From an uncultured Actinomycetes bacterium (GTDB taxonomy: Bacteria > Actinomycetota > Thermoleophilia > Solirubrobacterales > 70-9), in the NCBI GenBank assembly GCA_963841455.1, contig CAWJCU010000002.1, positions 121,770 through 185,769 on the forward strand: 64,000 nucleotides of DNA, read 5' to 3'. Shown one piece after another: positions 61,559 through 64,000 of the stretch (positions within the stretch are counted from its first letter, which is position 1; every line of letters starts with the position of its first letter). The notes beneath the pieces were generated by a model. That model did not search any database, was not told the DNA's origin, and was given only the letters and a program-made list of their open reading frames with translations. The translations under genes and the position numbers were made by a program.

Positions 61559-62601
61559 GCGACGATCTCGATCTCCTCGCCGGTCGCGCCCGGCGTCTCG
61601 ACCGCAAGCACTGCCTCGAGCGAGGCGATCGCGACCTCGAGCTGGCTTCGGTCCGGCTCGCGGGTCGTGAGGTTCTGGAGCATCAGCCCCGGCCACATGA
61701 CCGCCCGGACCCAGCGCTTGCGGCGGTACTTGCCCGCGAGCTTGATGACCTCGTACGACAGGCCCGCGATGAGCGGGATGCCCAGGACGCGAGTGGCCAC
61801 CAGCCAGTACCAGGCGGGGAGGCCGATGGGCGCGAAGACGAAGATCGCAAGGACCATCACGATCAGCAGAAAGCTCGTGCCGCAGCGCGGATGCAGGCGC
61901 GAGTAGCGCTCGGCGCGCGCCGGTGTAAGGCGGTCCCCGGCCTCGTAGCAGGAGATGGTCTTGTGCTCGGCTCCGTGGTACTCGAAGACCCGCCGGAGGT
62001 CGCGGACGCGGCTGATCAGCCACAGATAGCCGATGAAGATCGCGGTGCGAAGGAGCCCCTCCACGAGCCAGAACAGGAACGCCGACCCGAGCTGGTCGCG
62101 GATGAGGCTCGTCGCGCCGACCGGCACGACGAAGAAGAGGCCGACCGCGACTGCCAGCGAGAGCACGATCGTCAGGCCCCAGGTGAAGCCCCCGATCTCC
62201 TGCTCCTCCCCCGGCTCGCTGACCTGGGCGTTGGCGGAGATCGCGAGGGCGCGGAAGCCGATCTTCAGCGACTCCGCGAGCGCGACGACCCCCCGGATCA
62301 CTGGGACCCGAAGGATTCGGTGGCGCTTGGCCCACGAGACGAGCGGCTCGGAGGTGACCTCGATCTCGCCGATGGCGCTCGGCGGCGCGTCCTCGGCGAC
62401 CGGCCGACGCACCGCGACCGCCCAGGTCGAGACGCCGCGCATCATCACGCCCTCCAGCACGGCCTGCCCGCCCACCGGGGCGTCGCGATTTGCAACCGGG
62501 AGCCCGTCGGGCATCGGCGCGCGCTGGACGTGCAGCTGACCGTCCTCGGCGGCAGGCGGCCGTTTCGCCGGCGCGGTCGCCTTCGACGCCGCGACGCTCA
62601 C
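61555..62601 (-). CDS. DUF1385 family membrane protein
   Basis: GGQAVLEGVMMRG, YHGAEHKTI and RCGTSF motifs. Its position next to prfA/prmC is typical for this family. Confidence 0.8.
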   Translation of the reverse strand: MSVAASKATAPAKRPPAAEDGQLHVQRAPMPDGLPVANRDAPVGGQAVLEGVMMRGVSTWAVAVRRPVAEDAPPSAIGEIEVTSEPLVSWAKRHRILRVPVIRGVVALAESLKIGFRALAISANAQVSEPGEEQEIGGFTWGLTIVLSLAVAVGLFFVVPVGATSLIRDQLGSAFLFWLVEGLLRTAIFIGYLWLISRVRDLRRVFEYHGAEHKTISCYEAGDRLTPARAERYSRLHPRCGTSFLLIVMVLAIFVFAPIGLPAWYWLVATRVLGIPLIAGLSYEVIKLAGKYRRKRWVRAVMWPGLMLQNLTTREPDRSQLEVAIASLEAVLAVETPGATGEEIEIVA

Positions 62602-62608
62602 GCCAAAT

Positions 62609-62677
62609 CCCCTGCGGGCACCTTAGGTGCCCTTACACGCTTGTTTCGGAGCTAACGCTCCTCAAGGCACACCGCAC
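62609..62677 (-). repeat. two-hairpin intergenic element, copy E (rpmE|DUF1385 spacer)
   Basis: RNA sense: GUGCGGUGUGCCUUGAGGAGCGUUAGCUCCGAAACAAGCGUGUAAGGGCACCUAAGGUGCCCGCAGGGG. hp1 is GGAGC/GCUCC and hp2 is GGGCACC/GGUGCCC. Confidence 0.75.
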
Positions 62678-62680
62678 GAC

Positions 62681-62887
62681 CTACGACCGCCGGCGCGCCG
62701 CGCGGCGCCGGAACCGCTCGACCCGTCCTCCGGTGTCGACGAGCTTCTGCTTGCCCGTGTAGAACGGGTGGCACTCGGAGCAGATCTCCACGTGGAGCTC
62801 TGGCTTGGTCGACCGCGTGTAGAACTCGTTGCCGCACGAACAGCGGACGTGTGCGAGCACATACTCGGGATGGATTCCGGTCTTCAC
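62681..62887 (-). CDS. rpmE: 50S ribosomal protein L31 (Zn-ribbon type)
   Basis: (M)[12 protein letters not shown]...[13 protein letters not shown]; GTG start. Confidence 0.95.
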   Translation of the reverse strand: MKTGIHPEYVLAHVRCSCGNEFYTRSTKPELHVEICSECHPFYTGKQKLVDTGGRVERFRRRAARRRS

Positions 62888-63501
62888 GCCTTCGATGTTA
62901 GCGGCGGCGGATCGGCGCGCAGGCCGTCGAGGAGGCTTCCCAGGACCGTCTCCATCTCGTCGCGAGCTGCGGCGGGGTCGTCGGCCCGCGCCACGACCAT
63001 CGCCGCCTCGTCGAGCGCGCCCATCAGGACGTGGGCGAGGGGCTTGATCGGAGCCTCGGCGATCACCCCCGCCTCCATTCCCGCCGCAAGCGCCCCCTCG
63101 ACGAGCCCGAGTCCGTAGCGCTCCCCGATCTCGCGCCAGCGCTCCCAGCCGAGCACCGCCGGGGCATCGAGTAGGACGATCCGCTGAACCTCGGGCTCGA
63201 GGCAGTGGTCCAGGAACGCGCGAGCTCCCGCGCGGAGCGCCGCGACCGGGTCGGGGCCGGCGAGCGCGCCGGCTGCGATCCGCTCGGTGATCTCGCCCTC
63301 GATCTGCTCGTAGACGGCCTCGAGCAGCGCCCTCTTGCCGTCGAAGTGGTGATAGAGCGCCCCACGGGTCAGGCCCGCAGCACGGACGATCTCCTCCGTG
63401 CCCACGCCCGCGTAGCCGCGCTCCGCGAACAGCCGCCGCGCCGCCGAGACGAGCGCGGTGGTGGTCGCCGCCGAGCGCTCGCTCTGCGTCCGGGTCGACA
63501 T
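62884..63501 (-). CDS. TetR-family transcriptional regulator
   Basis: The HTH region reads [43 protein letters not shown]. The stop overlaps the rpmE GTG (GTGA). Confidence 0.85.
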   Translation of the reverse strand: MSTRTQSERSAATTTALVSAARRLFAERGYAGVGTEEIVRAAGLTRGALYHHFDGKRALLEAVYEQIEGEITERIAAGALAGPDPVAALRAGARAFLDHCLEPEVQRIVLLDAPAVLGWERWREIGERYGLGLVEGALAAGMEAGVIAEAPIKPLAHVLMGALDEAAMVVARADDPAAARDEMETVLGSLLDGLRADPPPLTSKA

Positions 63502-63508
63502 TCAGCGG

Positions 63509-63544
63509 GTATGTATGTTAGAAACCAACTGTATGTATCTTAGA
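63509..63544. promoter_or_regulatory. 14-bp direct repeat pair (GTATGTATGTTAGA / GTATGTATCTTAGA) in the TetR / hydrolase divergent promoter region
   Basis: The two copies start 22 bp apart in a sharply AT-rich island between ATG 63501 (TetR, minus strand) and ATG 63625 (hydrolase, plus strand). Confidence 0.45.
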
Positions 63545-63624
63545 TCCCGGTCCGGCGAACGTCCGTCCACCCCGTCCATAGCCAGTGCGGGACGCTCGCG
63601 GAAGAAGGGAAGGAGAAGCGCCCC

Positions 63625-64000
63625 ATGAACTCGGTCTCCCTCCCCCACGGCACCGTCGCCTACGCCGAAAGCGGTAGCGGTCCGCCGGTCGTCTTCGTCC
63701 ACGGCGCCCTGGTCGATGGAAGGCTCTGGGAGCGGGTGACGCCGCTCCTCGCCGGCGAGAGACGTTGCATCGTCCCCGACCTCCCGCTGGGATCGCACCG
63801 TGAGGCGATGGCGCCGGACGCCGACCTCAGCCCACCGGGCCTCGCGAAGCTCGTCGCCGACTTTCTCGCTTCGCTCGAGCTCGAGGATGTGACGCTGGTC
63901 GGCAACGACACCGGTGGCGCGATCTGCCAGCTGGTGGCCACAAGGCACCCCGAGCGCCTCGGGCGGCTCGTGCTCACGCCGTGCGACGCGTATGAGAACT
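63625..64000 (+). CDS. alpha/beta-fold hydrolase (5' part; runs off the window end)
   Basis: Not in the ORF track because no stop lies inside the window. ATG 63625 follows GGAAGGAGAAG. Reads MNSVSLPHGTVAYAESGSGPPVVFVHGALVDGRLWE...LVGNDTGGAICQ (nucleophile-elbow-like GxDxG). Confidence 0.7.
   Translation, partial: MNSVSLPHGTVAYAESGSGPPVVFVHGALVDGRLWERVTPLLAGERRCIVPDLPLGSHREAMAPDADLSPPGLAKLVADFLASLELEDVTLVGNDTGGAICQLVATRHPERLGRLVLTPCDAYEN

Overview
High-GC (about 70%+) chromosomal core segment. Gene content and order look like an actinobacterium, possibly Thermoleophilia/Rubrobacteria-like; that taxonomic guess is inference from synteny and composition only. About 60 protein genes are supportable. 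In order: a secreted beta-helix protein, a DUF59 protein, FxsA, a HAD hydrolase, an MFS exporter and AddB/AddA. Next is a cell-envelope block (MarP-like protease, PBP, RlpA-like protein, SGNH hydrolase, OafA-type acyltransferase). Then gltB, ParA, thrB, ahcY, arfB and a MacB-type ABC pair. Then a sugar-nucleotide/LCP block (PGI/PMI, ManC-like, Ugd, LytR-CpsA-Psr) and an M20 peptidase. The last 20 kb is the classic minus-strand housekeeping supercluster rpmE - DUF1385 - prfA - prmC - tsaC - rpiB ... glyA ... wecA-like - atpZ/I/B/E/F/H/A/G/D/C. I found no rRNA, tRNA, CRISPR array, transposase, integrase or obvious defence genes. Three points stand out. (1) A five-copy, about 60-nt, sense-oriented two-hairpin intergenic element with compensatory base changes occurs only in the rpmE-to-atp cluster and abuts neighbouring stop and start codons. 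I do not recognise it as a known RNA family. (2) At least 24 frame junctions hit about 14 genes, mostly in three clusters, and include essential genes (glyA, prmC, tsaC, atpB). Twenty of the 24 scored junctions behave as 1-nt insertions, which looks like consensus error rather than biology. The ORF track is therefore misleading in those regions. (3) atpG has no canonical start codon: its conserved N-terminus begins at an AUA that overlaps the atpA UAG and has a perfect GGAGG 7 nt upstream. Many long ORFs in the track are shadow-frame artefacts of the high GC content.
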